Source: a virus. From it: 44,748 nt of DNA. The notes under the pieces are model-generated. The model searched no databases and was not told the DNA's origin. It was given only the letters and a program-made list of their open reading frames with translations. Positions within the stretch are counted from its first letter, which is position 1, and every line of letters starts with the position of its first letter. Below, piece by piece: positions 35,511 through 44,748 of this stretch. The position numbers and the translations under genes were made by a program. The stretch lies in UHGV virus genome UHGV-0124463. The stretch is one strand, 5' to 3'.

Positions 35511-37976
35511 TTGACAATGCTAACCTATGTACAGAACCCAGAAGCAGAGTTAGTACAGCGCCAGCTGGAGCTCGAAGAGACCTATAAGATTCGCGGAATC
35601 GAGCGGGCACGTAAGCTGATTACGGACGCATTGCAGAACGGTGGGATTATGAACCTGCCGATGACGCAGCGTATGCTCACCTCAGCATACGAGGTGGCTG
35701 CTGCTGCTATCGATGAGATGCGAAATGTCAAAGCCCCAGGCATTGGCGGCAAGTATCGCCGGTTCCTGCGCTTAATCCCCTTGGATGTCCTGACCACCCT
35801 GAGCCTGTGCACAATGTTTGAGGCGTTCAGCGTCGCCCCAGGTGAGTCCGCCAGTCGCCGCCAGACTGCACAAGCAGTAATGTCCGCATTGGGTAGGAAC
35901 GTGCAGTCAGAGCTACTGGCTCTGCAGTTACGTAACGTAGCCCCTGCGTACATGGACCGTGTGTACGAGTACCTCACTGAGCGCCGTACGAAGTCCCCTT
36001 CGCACATCCTGCGTACGCTCCGTGCCAGTGCCGAGAACGTGCACTATGGGCACGAGCCTTGGACCAATGCCCAGAACATCTCCGTAGGGCGTCTGCTGTG
36101 TGCCGCGGTGTTTGAGACGGGCCTGTTCCAGTGGAAGACAGGTAGCGGGAACCTGAGCATGCTCTACCCAGCTGATGACGTTATGGAGGCCTTCCAGAAA
36201 CTGGTGGAATCTGCCGACACTGTAACGATGAAGCCGCCTATGCTGGTCCCCCCGGTGCAGCACACCACTATGTGGGGTGGTGGGTACCTTACTCCTATCG
36301 ACAACCGCGGTACTTACCATAACTCGCACATCGACCGAGCCAGGCTGCGTGAAGTAGCGGAAGCATTTAAGTCCGCGGACGGCATCAAGAAGGCGCTTAA
36401 TAAGGCACAGGAAACCCCGTACCGTATTAATAAGCGCATACTGGAACTGGTGCAAGAAGCACGGGCCATGGGTATTGGGGTGGGTATGCCCCGCTCAGTT
36501 CCGGAGCCCAAGCCAGAGTGGTATCTGGACGGGGTGCCGAAAGAGAACTACACCGAAGAAGAACTGGACCGCTTCGGTGAGTGGAAGACGCGTATGTCCC
36601 TATGGTACAGCGCAGACCGTAAGCGCGTGTCTCAACTACGTAGCCTGTTGACCACGCTGGAAATGGCGGAGGAATTCAAAGATGAGAAAGCTCTGTACTT
36701 CCCAACCTGTGTGGATTGGCGGTACCGGTTGTACTTCAAGTCCTCGCTGCACCCTCAAGGTTCTGATTTGCAGAAAGCCCTTCTTGAGTTTGGTAGAGGA
36801 AAACCTCTGGGTGATCGCGGCTTATTCTGGCTCAAGGTGCATGTCGCCACATGCTTTGGTTATGACAAGACCCTATTCGAAGACCGCGCAGCTTGGGTTG
36901 ATGCGAACTTTGCAGAGATTGAGCAGCTTACAGTTTCACCGTTTGATTGCCCTGCTTTCACCTCCGCGGACAGCCCTTGGTGCCTGCTGGCCGCCGCTAT
37001 CGACTTGGTTAATGCGGTTCGTTCTGGATGCCCAGAAGAGCATATTAGCCGAATCCCAGTTGCTATGGACGCTACAAACTCAGGTGGACAGCATCTCTCA
37101 GCGCTCCTGAGAGACCCTGTGGGCGGACGCTTGACGAACCTGTACTGGGAGGGTAATGATAAGAAAGCGGACCTGTACATGGACGTGAAGCGCCGTACGG
37201 ACGAGAAGGTGATACTGGACCTGGACAAGGAGGATTTCGTTATCCAGAGCACGTACTGGAGAGAGAACGAAATCACCCGCAGCATGACCAAGCGCCCTAG
37301 TATGACCTACTTCTACAGCGCCACTGTGCGCAGCTGCAGCGACTACATCTTCGAAGGCGCTTGCGCTGAGGGGTACGAGGGTACTGAGACTAACAGTCTG
37401 TGGAACTTGTCATGCTACCTGGCTCCGCGTATGCGCACTGCTATCGAGGAGGCAAACCCAGCCGCAGCCGCAGTTATGGGGTACTTGCAGAACCTCGCTA
37501 GGCGTGTACCGGCAAGCCAGCATCTGCAGTGGTATACGCCGCTGGGTGGGCTCGTAATGAACCGCTACACGCAGCGTGAAGAAGTGCGCGTACGTATTGA
37601 CTGCATGAACCTGTCAGCGGTACTGGTACACAACCGGGACTTCAAAACTTGCAACAAGCGCAAGGCAGCCTCCGGGATTGCCCCGAACTTTGTGCATAGC
37701 CTGGACAGTACGCACTTGATGATGGTGCTCTGTGCTGCGGAGGGGTTGGACATTGTGCCTATTCACGACTCGCTGGCTACTCACGCAGCTGACGTTGACG
37801 CTATGCATAGGCACATCCGTGAGCAGTTTGTGCGCCTGTATGAAGAGAATGACCTGCTTGGCGACATTACTCGCGCGGCAGCAGCAGCCGGGGCAGACTT
37901 GACGGACCTGGACATGCCGGAAGTGGGCACTTTGGACATCCGGCAAGTGCTAGAATCCCCGTTCTTCTTCTGCTAA
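35511..37976 (+). CDS. single-subunit DNA-dependent RNA polymerase (T7 RNAP family)
   Basis: 821 aa; blocks matching T7 RNAP: FPTCVDWRYRLY, DATNSGGQHLSALLRD, ASGIAPNFVHSLDSTH, IHDSLATH, C-terminal LESPFFFC. Confidence 0.9.
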   Translation: MTMLTYVQNPEAELVQRQLELEETYKIRGIERARKLITDALQNGGIMNLPMTQRMLTSAYEVAAAAIDEMRNVKAPGIGGKYRRFLRLIPLDVLTTLSLCTMFEAFSVAPGESASRRQTAQAVMSALGRNVQSELLALQLRNVAPAYMDRVYEYLTERRTKSPSHILRTLRASAENVHYGHEPWTNAQNISVGRLLCAAVFETGLFQWKTGSGNLSMLYPADDVMEAFQKLVESADTVTMKPPMLVPPVQHTTMWGGGYLTPIDNRGTYHNSHIDRARLREVAEAFKSADGIKKALNKAQETPYRINKRILELVQEARAMGIGVGMPRSVPEPKPEWYLDGVPKENYTEEELDRFGEWKTRMSLWYSADRKRVSQLRSLLTTLEMAEEFKDEKALYFPTCVDWRYRLYFKSSLHPQGSDLQKALLEFGRGKPLGDRGLFWLKVHVATCFGYDKTLFEDRAAWVDANFAEIEQLTVSPFDCPAFTSADSPWCLLAAAIDLVNAVRSGCPEEHISRIPVAMDATNSGGQHLSALLRDPVGGRLTNLYWEGNDKKADLYMDVKRRTDEKVILDLDKEDFVIQSTYWRENEITRSMTKRPSMTYFYSATVRSCSDYIFEGACAEGYEGTETNSLWNLSCYLAPRMRTAIEEANPAAAAVMGYLQNLARRVPASQHLQWYTPLGGLVMNRYTQREEVRVRIDCMNLSAVLVHNRDFKTCNKRKAASGIAPNFVHSLDSTHLMMVLCAAEGLDIVPIHDSLATHAADVDAMHRHIREQFVRLYEENDLLGDITRAAAAAGADLTDLDMPEVGTLDIRQVLESPFFFC

Positions 37977-37984
37977 AAAATTTA

Positions 37985-38002
37985 ATGTTACAGGAGTAGG
38001 AA
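37985..38002 (+). promoter_or_regulatory. copy of motif AATGTTACAGGAGTAGGA directly downstream of the RNAP gene (candidate phage RNAP promoter; also overlaps the RBS of the next gene)
   Basis: Exact match to copies at 4834 and 16426; the ATG of 38002..38442 follows immediately. Confidence 0.4.
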
Positions 38003-38442
38003 TGAAGTTAAAACACACTAGTAAAACTTCCGACTACACTCTCAGAGTTCTGTATAAGTCTGACGACATTACGGACGCAGTGAAGCAACTGCATGAACTG
38101 GGCCACGGCATTAGTCGGGGCCTGGCTCCAGAGCAGCACTACTGGAGGGTGCTGGGAAGTATACTGGGTAAACAGTATATACTAGGAGTCTATGACTCCC
38201 AAGGCGACTTAGTCGGTGCTGTCAGCTACTACCCAGAGGCTGTAGAGGACTGTCATTACGTAGAGCCTGTGCTGTATACAGACTTCTTCGTATTGAAACC
38301 GGACAACGGCGCGGCAGTGTCTGTGATTATGCAAGGCCTGCGCGCAATAGCCAAATGCATGCGCGCTGGGCGTATAGCCATTAGCCGGAGTACATCGGAT
38401 AACACGTACAAGACAACTTATCATTTAGTGAGGTCAGAATGA
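38002..38442 (+). CDS. hypothetical protein
   Basis: 146-aa ORF. Confidence 0.5.
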   Translation: MKLKHTSKTSDYTLRVLYKSDDITDAVKQLHELGHGISRGLAPEQHYWRVLGSILGKQYILGVYDSQGDLVGAVSYYPEAVEDCHYVEPVLYTDFFVLKPDNGAAVSVIMQGLRAIAKCMRAGRIAISRSTSDNTYKTTYHLVRSE

Positions 38443-38705
38443 GTGGTGGTAATTTAGGTAAGCTGTTAGGTAAGGCCACGGACATGCTCGGCCTTACTGA
38501 CAACGCAGGATTAGAGGCGCAGCAGCGCTTGGCAGAGCAGCAGGCCAGCGCAGCTAAACAACAGGCTGCCTTAGAGGCTAATAGCGCCGCAGATAACATT
38601 GCTGAGATTGACCCCGCAGGGGCTGCCTCTGAATCTGCAGATGCAATTACGTCTGAGCAGAAGAAACGGCGACAAGCAGGGCAGAGCAATCCTCTGGGCC
38701 TGTAA
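38439..38705 (+). CDS. hypothetical protein (possible virion protein by position)
   Basis: 88-aa Ala/Gln-rich ORF upstream of portal. Confidence 0.4.
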   Translation: MSGGNLGKLLGKATDMLGLTDNAGLEAQQRLAEQQASAAKQQAALEANSAADNIAEIDPAGAASESADAITSEQKKRRQAGQSNPLGL

Positions 38706-38714
38706 GGGGGTAGC

Positions 38715-40310
38715 TTGGAACAAAAAGCAACATTAGCAGAACTCTTTAAGAAGGACCAGGACGCAGGTGTATTGGATGCCTCCGAGAAGTTCGCGCAGTG
38801 GACGCTCAGCACTATCTTTACCCGGGACGATTCCCTGGACGGTAGACGCAGACCGCTAGAGCGTGACTACCAGAGCACCGGCGCGCAGCTGGTCAACACT
38901 GCAGCCACTAAGATTGTAGGGGCACTGTTCCCTCAGGGCACTAGCTTCTTCCGGTTCTCCAAGAGTTCGGACCTGGACGAGTTCATTAGTTCTCTGGGCA
39001 GTGCAGCTACAGCAGAATCTAAGCTGGCTGAGGTAGAGAACACAGCGTCACAGAAAGTATTTGAGAAAGACGGTTATGCTGCGAAGTTGCAAGCTGTGAA
39101 GCTGCTGCTGGTTACAGGTAACGCGTTGGAGTATATTGATGAGAGGACAGGTAAATCCATCGTCTACTCAGTCCGTAACTTTACCGTTCGAAGGGATGGC
39201 AGCGGGAACGTCCTGCGACTCATTATCAGAGAGCGCGCAAGCGTCCAGGACCTGCCAGAAGATTTCCGCGGCACATTCTACCGTGACAAAGACCCATACG
39301 GCGACGTTGATATCTACACTGCCGCTTGTCGCAAGGTTAAGCGGACAGAGGACGGTGCAGAGGTAGTAAGCTACGAGGTGTACCAAGAAGCAGACGGGCA
39401 CCGCATCGGAGACAGTAGCACCTATCCGGAGCTGGAGCTTCCCTACAACGTGCTGGTGTGGAACCTTGTTAGCGGTGAGCATTACGGTCGCGGCTTGGTA
39501 GAGGACTACGCCGGGGACTTTGCTCGGTTGTCGGTACTATCGGAAGCATTAACTAACTACGAGGTTGAGTCTGCGCGGCTAATCCCGCTGATTGACGCAA
39601 GCTCTGGGTTAGACGTGGACGAGTTCTCAACGTCGGAGACTGGTGAGGCTGTGCAGGTGGGTGGTGGTGGTTCCAACGGGAACAGCAAATCCCCCGTCAC
39701 TGCTTACGAGGGTGGCTCTGCCCAGAAGATTCAGTGGATTGCCAGCAACATTCAGATGCTCGAACAGAAACTATCTCGTGCGTTTATGTACACCGGTAAC
39801 TCCCGGCAGGGTGAGCGTGTCACGGCTTACGAGATTCGCCAGAATGCCAAAGAGGCGGAAGCCGCTATGGGTGGTGGGTTCAGTATCCTGAGCGACACAT
39901 GGCTGCGTAAGCTGGCGTACCTGTACACTGCGCTGGTGTACCCTCGCTTTAAGCTGTACCTCAGTGAAGGCGTGGTGAATATCAACGTTACTGTGGGCAC
40001 CTCTGCACTCGCTAAAGCCGCGGCAGCGGACAAGCTGTTAGAGGCGGCACAGTCCATGCAGCTGGCTATCCCGGTGCTTGAGCAGATTACTCCGCGCTTC
40101 AACAAGGATGCGTGTGTAGACTGGTACTTCGACGCCTACGGTATCGTCAGCGAGCCGTTCATGTACACCGAAGAGCAGCTGCAGCAGAAGCAACAGGTTC
40201 AGGATGCATCTGCCGATACGTCAGCAGGTCTAGCGCAGGACCAACTCCAGGGCTTGACAGCAGCGGACCCAACAGTAGCAGGTAAGCAGCTGGGCTTATT
40301 ACCAAGTTAA
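38715..40310 (+). CDS. portal (head-tail connector) protein
   Basis: 531 aa, T7 gp8-like size and position upstream of scaffold and capsid; TTG start after GGGGG RBS. Confidence 0.65.
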   Translation: MEQKATLAELFKKDQDAGVLDASEKFAQWTLSTIFTRDDSLDGRRRPLERDYQSTGAQLVNTAATKIVGALFPQGTSFFRFSKSSDLDEFISSLGSAATAESKLAEVENTASQKVFEKDGYAAKLQAVKLLLVTGNALEYIDERTGKSIVYSVRNFTVRRDGSGNVLRLIIRERASVQDLPEDFRGTFYRDKDPYGDVDIYTAACRKVKRTEDGAEVVSYEVYQEADGHRIGDSSTYPELELPYNVLVWNLVSGEHYGRGLVEDYAGDFARLSVLSEALTNYEVESARLIPLIDASSGLDVDEFSTSETGEAVQVGGGGSNGNSKSPVTAYEGGSAQKIQWIASNIQMLEQKLSRAFMYTGNSRQGERVTAYEIRQNAKEAEAAMGGGFSILSDTWLRKLAYLYTALVYPRFKLYLSEGVVNINVTVGTSALAKAAAADKLLEAAQSMQLAIPVLEQITPRFNKDACVDWYFDAYGIVSEPFMYTEEQLQQKQQVQDASADTSAGLAQDQLQGLTAADPTVAGKQLGLLPS

Positions 40311-40324
40311 CAACAGAGGCATAG

Positions 40325-41167
40325 ATGGATAACGTAGAAAACGGTCAAAACGTAGAAACTACACAGGTAGAGAACCAGGGTGGCCCTAAGATTCCGGGCC
40401 TAGGTGCTCCCCTTAACGCCCCGAACAATCAAGGCGTGCAGGATGCACAGACCACTACCCAGCAGCAACAGGGCAAAGATTCCCCTGACCCTGCTAAGAT
40501 TCCTCTGGATATCGAAGCCTTAAAAGCGGCCCTGGATAAGGGTGGCGATAGCGCTAAAGAGCAGCCCCAGGAGCTAGCTAAGACAGGCAATCCGACGATT
40601 GACGCCGGGGTAGCCATGTTGCAGAAAGTCTCTGGGTTAACTGACTCTGATATGGTGCGGGCACTTGGCAAGGCCCTGGAGTATCAGGACCCTAACCTAA
40701 TCGATACGGCCTTCATTAAGGAACGTTTCGGAGAGCACGCTGCTTATGCAGAGTTGCTGGCTAAAGCGTATCTGGAAGACCAGGTTGGTCAAGCCACCAA
40801 AGCAGTACAGGAAGCTTACGATATCGTGGGCGGCAAGGAGAACTGGGAGGTAGCAGCGCAGCTGTTTAATTCCAAGGCCCCTGAACCTCTGCGTAACGCA
40901 GCTCGTGTACTCGCTAACTCGGGTGAGCTTAAGCAGGCCGCTGAGTTGGTGGCGAGCTTCTGCCGGGATATGGGTCTTATCAAGACACAGAACCCAATGG
41001 TACGCGGCGTAGCCAGCAACAATGCACTATCTGCTGCGGAATTCCGCGCAGAATATACCAAACTCCGTCAGGAAGCGGGCAACCGTAGCTTGGCGTCTCC
41101 ACAGTTCAGTAAACGTTATAACGATTTGCTCGCACGCCGCGAAGCTGGTAAGCGCGTAGGTCTTTAA
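40325..41167 (+). CDS. capsid assembly scaffolding protein
   Basis: 280 aa, acidic helical protein between portal and major capsid genes. Confidence 0.55.
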   Translation: MDNVENGQNVETTQVENQGGPKIPGLGAPLNAPNNQGVQDAQTTTQQQQGKDSPDPAKIPLDIEALKAALDKGGDSAKEQPQELAKTGNPTIDAGVAMLQKVSGLTDSDMVRALGKALEYQDPNLIDTAFIKERFGEHAAYAELLAKAYLEDQVGQATKAVQEAYDIVGGKENWEVAAQLFNSKAPEPLRNAARVLANSGELKQAAELVASFCRDMGLIKTQNPMVRGVASNNALSAAEFRAEYTKLRQEAGNRSLASPQFSKRYNDLLARREAGKRVGL

Positions 41168-41192
41168 TCTCATTTAAAAGGAAAAGTAAGAT

Positions 41193-42212
41193 ATGGCAGA
41201 TACTATCTATAAAAGCGCCCTGACCCGAGCCCATTGGGGCGGCGCGGCATCTGATGTAGACATTCACCTGGAAGTGTATCAGAATGAAGTAGACACCCGC
41301 TTCCAGTACCAGGCTCTGTTCCTGGGCCTATCCAGCCAGCGCTCTATCAGCGGTTCCAACACCTACCGTATTGACCGCCTGAACACCTCTTCGGTGAAGG
41401 GTCGTCGCTCCGGTGAGGCGCTGGATAGCACTCCGGTCCGTAACGATAAGATGATTATCGTGGTGGATACGGTGCTGTATATCCGTAACCCGATTGACTA
41501 CCAGGATGACTGGACCGGTCCGGACTTCCTGACTGAGATGGGCCAGAACAACGGCTCGGAGTTCGCGGAGACCTTCGACCAGGCGCACCTGATTCAGCTC
41601 ATCAAAGGCCGTTCCTGGGTTGCCCCGGCGCACCTGAAACCGGCGTTCAACGACGGTATCGAGGTAGGTGCGGCTATCCTTGTTCCGGGTACCGCCACCG
41701 CCACGCAGCTGACCCAGGCTGAGATGGAGGCTAACGCCATGAACATCAACCTGGCCCACAAGGCTGGTATTGATGAACTCATCAAGCGCAAGACCCCGCT
41801 GGCGGACATGATTACCCTGGTGGATGTCGATACCTATTCGCGTCTGCTGGAGCATCCGAAGCTCCTGAACCTGGACTTCGGTGCGTCCAACAACGACGGT
41901 TACAAAGACCGTCGTGTAGTGAAGATGAACGGCGTGCCTGTAGTAGAGTGCACCGAGTTCCCGACCTCGGCTGGTACGCACCCTCTGGGCTCTGCTTACA
42001 CCGTCACCGCTGACGACGCGCTGTGCCGTATGGTGACTTTCAGCAAGTCCAAGACCCTGGTGACTGTTGAAGCTAAGCCGTTCACCTCCCGTATCTGGGA
42101 TGATGAGCGCGAGTTCAGCAACGTTCTGGACTGCTACGCGATGTACAACATCGGCCTGCGTCGTCCGGACACCGCTGCAGTGACTAAGTTCACCTTCACC
42201 ACCAAGTCCTAA
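41193..42212 (+). CDS. major capsid protein
   Basis: 339 aa, T7 gp10A-like size; strong RBS AAAGGAAAAG; followed by a strong terminator as in T7. Confidence 0.7.
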   Translation: MADTIYKSALTRAHWGGAASDVDIHLEVYQNEVDTRFQYQALFLGLSSQRSISGSNTYRIDRLNTSSVKGRRSGEALDSTPVRNDKMIIVVDTVLYIRNPIDYQDDWTGPDFLTEMGQNNGSEFAETFDQAHLIQLIKGRSWVAPAHLKPAFNDGIEVGAAILVPGTATATQLTQAEMEANAMNINLAHKAGIDELIKRKTPLADMITLVDVDTYSRLLEHPKLLNLDFGASNNDGYKDRRVVKMNGVPVVECTEFPTSAGTHPLGSAYTVTADDALCRMVTFSKSKTLVTVEAKPFTSRIWDDEREFSNVLDCYAMYNIGLRRPDTAAVTKFTFTTKS

Positions 42213-42223
42213 TTGGAGGTTCG

Positions 42224-42406
42224 ATGGCAGTAATCGCTACGTTCGGTCTGGAGACTCTCCAGGCCAATGCAGCTCAGCGGGAGGCGGTTAAGGCCGCCAC
42301 CGATGTAGCTAAGAACATCCAGGTGGCCTCGGTCGAGTCTGGCCGCAAGGCTACCAAGAAAACCCGTAAGGCGGCGGATGCAGCTGCCGACACTGCGGAA
42401 GAGTAA
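42224..42406 (+). CDS. hypothetical small protein downstream of capsid gene
   Basis: 60-aa ORF with RBS GGAGG, inside the capsid transcription unit before the terminator. Confidence 0.35.
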   Translation: MAVIATFGLETLQANAAQREAVKAATDVAKNIQVASVESGRKATKKTRKAADAAADTAEE

Positions 42407-42411
42407 TACGC

Positions 42412-42447
42412 GCCCCTGGTGCCTTCGGGTGCCGGGGGCTTTTTTTT
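42412..42447 (+). terminator. rho-independent terminator (12-bp stem with UUCG tetraloop, then T8)
   Basis: gcccctggtgcc-ttcg-ggtgccgggggc followed by tttttttt, read directly. Confidence 0.8.
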
Positions 42448-42492
42448 GTCCCTGTCTTAAGGGTCCAAGGGGTCTTTAATAGAGGAACAAAT

Positions 42493-43053
42493 ATGAGAGA
42501 ATTAGACGCTGTGAACCTGACGCTGGAAGCCCTTGGGGAGTCTCGCGTTATGGACATCAACACCAGTAACCCTAGTGCTGGGTTAGCTCGCTCTGCACTC
42601 GCACGTAACCGTCGCGGGTTACTAAGCACGGGGTTCTGGTTTAACGTGGTCGAGCGCGAAGTTACCCCCACCACTGACGGCCTGATTAAGGTGCCGTGGA
42701 ACCAGCTGGCCGTGTACGATGCCTGCTCAGAATCCAAGTACGGGGTACGTGACGGGAACCTATACGACCTGGTAGAGCAGAACCAATACTTCGATGCACC
42801 TGTGCGTATTCGTGTGGTCCTGGATTTGGCCTTTGAGGACCTGCCGGAGCACGCCGCTATGTGGGTGGCTAACTACACCACTGCACAGGTGTATCTAAAC
42901 GACCTGGGCGGCGACAGTAACTACGCTAATTACGCACAGGAAGCTGAGCGCTACAAGAGCATGGTGCTGCGTGAGCATCTGCGCAACCAGAGATTCAGCA
43001 CCAGCAAGACCCGCTTTGCTCGTAGAATCCGCCGCGCTCGTTTTATGGTTTAA
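42493..43053 (+). CDS. tail tubular protein A (T7 gp11-like)
   Basis: 186 aa; T7 gp11-like size, followed by the gp12-like gene. Confidence 0.6.
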   Translation: MRELDAVNLTLEALGESRVMDINTSNPSAGLARSALARNRRGLLSTGFWFNVVEREVTPTTDGLIKVPWNQLAVYDACSESKYGVRDGNLYDLVEQNQYFDAPVRIRVVLDLAFEDLPEHAAMWVANYTTAQVYLNDLGGDSNYANYAQEAERYKSMVLREHLRNQRFSTSKTRFARRIRRARFMV

Positions 43054-43062
43054 GGAGAGGTT

Positions 43063-44748
43063 ATGGCGCAATCATTAGAAGGTACTATTCAGAGCTTGCT
43101 GCAGGGCGTTTCCCAGCAGGTTCCGAGAGAGCGCCAACCAGGACAACTGGGGGCGCAGCTGAACATGCTCAGCGACCCGGTTTCCGGTATCCGCCGCAGA
43201 CCCCCGGGTGAGATTGTCTGGGAAAGCACGATTGATAATCCAGGGCTTGATTCCCTGTTCACTGAATACGTAGAGCGTGGAACTGACGGCAGGCACCTGC
43301 TGATTAACACCAGCAACGGTAACTGGTGGTTACTGGCTAAGAATGGAAAGACCATCCTTAACTCCGGAAACGACCCGTACTTTATTACCACCGTGGGTCA
43401 GACCTCTTTGCAGACCGCGAGTATTGCTGGACTGACTTATATCCTGAATACGGAGATGGCCCCGAACACAACCGTGGACAATACGGGGCGTATTGACCCA
43501 GGCACCACTGGGTTCTTCTACGTTAAATCTGCAGCATTCCAGAAACGCTGGAACGTCACTGTTACATCTGCCGGGGTAGATTACTCCGGGGACTACACCG
43601 CCCCAGCTGCTGGCAGTACCAGTGGTAACGCTGAGGAGGTATCAGGTGCCTACGTTGCTCAGCAGCTGCGAGACTCTCTTGTAGCGAATGGATTGCCAGC
43701 TGGGAACGTTAGCGTACGCGGCGCATACTTGTTCTTCTATGGGTTGAGCAACTGTGTGGTATCCTCCGACGCTGGCGATACTTATGCTGGGGTATCCAAC
43801 CAGTCTCGTGTAGACCAGGAGCAGGACCTACCTGCACAGCTCCCAGCGCAAGCTGACGGGGCGATGTGTCGTGTAGGTACAGCCTCGTCTGAGACAGCGT
43901 GGTACCAGTTCAGCTACAGCACCCGCACCTGGTCTGAGGTGGGAGCGTACGGCAGCATCACCAAGATTACGAACATGCCCCGAGAGCTTGCTGCAGATGA
44001 CAACATTATTGCGCGGGATTGGGAGGGGCGTTTAGCTGGTAACGACGACAATAACAGCGACCCCGGATTCGTGGAGAATGGATACATCACCGGCATTGCA
44101 GCTTTCCAGGGCCGCTTGGTTCTGCTTAGTGGTAGCTCCGTGGATATGTCTGCCTCAGGTCTGTACCAGCGCTTCTACCGCTCCACTGTGACGTCTCTGC
44201 TGGATACGGACCGTATCAGCATTAGCTCTGCGTCTGCACAGGATTCTGTGTATCGTACCGCTGTGCAGTTCAACCGGGACTTGGTCCTGTTTGCTAACAG
44301 CATGCAGGCGGTTGTGCCGGGTTCAGCGGTACTCACCCCCACTAACGCAAGTATTAGCATCACCAGCACCTACGAGTGTGATAGCCGTGTGACTCCGGTA
44401 ATGGCGGGGCAGACGGTAATCTACCCGAATAAGCGCAACAACAGCTACGCGGGTATACTGGAGCTAATCCCATCACCATATACTGCGGCGCAGTACACTA
44501 CGCAGGACGCCACGGTGCACCTGCCGCGGTACATTCCCGGCAGGGTATTGCAGATGCAAAACTCCAGTGTCACCAATATGGCCTTCTCACGAATGTCCGG
44601 AGAGCGAAATAACCTGCTGGTCTATGAGTTTATGTGGGGTGGGAGTGATGGTGCTAAGATGCAAGCGTCGTGGCATAAATGGACGTTCCCATATCCAATC
44701 CTGAGCGTGCAGGCGCTGGAGGATGAGGTGTTCTTGTATATGCAAGGG
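43063..44748 (+). CDS. tail tubular protein B (T7 gp12-like), 5' portion; continues at window start
   Basis: ATG 43063 after AAGGAGAGG; frame stays open to the last base and continues in frame into 32..748 via the 54-bp repeat. Confidence 0.7.
   Translation, partial: MAQSLEGTIQSLLQGVSQQVPRERQPGQLGAQLNMLSDPVSGIRRRPPGEIVWESTIDNPGLDSLFTEYVERGTDGRHLLINTSNGNWWLLAKNGKTILNSGNDPYFITTVGQTSLQTASIAGLTYILNTEMAPNTTVDNTGRIDPGTTGFFYVKSAAFQKRWNVTVTSAGVDYSGDYTAPAAGSTSGNAEEVSGAYVAQQLRDSLVANGLPAGNVSVRGAYLFFYGLSNCVVSSDAGDTYAGVSNQSRVDQEQDLPAQLPAQADGAMCRVGTASSETAWYQFSYSTRTWSEVGAYGSITKITNMPRELAADDNIIARDWEGRLAGNDDNNSDPGFVENGYITGIAAFQGRLVLLSGSSVDMSASGLYQRFYRSTVTSLLDTDRISISSASAQDSVYRTAVQFNRDLVLFANSMQAVVPGSAVLTPTNASISITSTYECDSRVTPVMAGQTVIYPNKRNNSYAGILELIPSPYTAAQYTTQDATVHLPRYIPGRVLQMQNSSVTNMAFSRMSGERNNLLVYEFMWGGSDGAKMQASWHKWTFPYPILSVQALEDEVFLYMQG

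Noticed and set aside
42224-42406. Capsid minor form by programmed frameshift (T7 gene 10B analogue)
   Set aside because: The small ORF has its own RBS and start codon and is separated from the capsid stop by 11 nt; no slippery heptamer noticed at the capsid 3' end
1-44748. Prophage or integrative element (integrase, att sites) and tRNA genes
   Set aside because: No integrase-, recombinase- or repressor-like ORF and no tRNA-like structure noticed; content is that of a virulent T7-like phage. A formal tRNA scan was not run

Overview
This 44,748-bp window reads as one essentially complete genome of a T7-supergroup podophage (Autographiviridae-like). All functional calls below come from reading motifs in the supplied translations by eye; no database search or computation was run. 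About 60 credible genes all lie on the + strand with tight or overlapping junctions; the minus-strand ORFs look like shadow ORFs. In window order: tail tubular protein B (3' part), internal virion proteins, tail fiber, small and large terminase, a lysis cassette (spanin-like lipoprotein, holin, SAR lysozyme), a large tailspike/depolymerase candidate, an HNH endonuclease, a repeat-rich non-coding region (probable physical genome ends) and host-type sigma70-like promoters. Then come early genes of unknown function, a replication module (primase, helicase, family A DNA polymerase, metallophosphoesterase, 5'-3' exonuclease, endonuclease VII) interleaved with HNH endonuclease genes, a T7-like single-subunit RNA polymerase directly upstream of the structural genes (phiKMV-like arrangement), portal, scaffold, major capsid, a strong intrinsic terminator, tail tubular A and the 5' part of tail tubular B. 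The last 54 bp are identical to bases 20-73, so the record is circularly permuted with the join inside the tail tubular B gene. No integrase, tRNA or CRISPR array was seen. I did not find a clearly novel multi-gene system; the best leads are a thrice-repeated 17-bp candidate phage-promoter motif, seven HNH endonuclease genes (one beside a duplicated DNA polymerase 3' end), and two unexplained early proteins (an acidic Cys-cluster protein and an M20/M28-like peptidase candidate).
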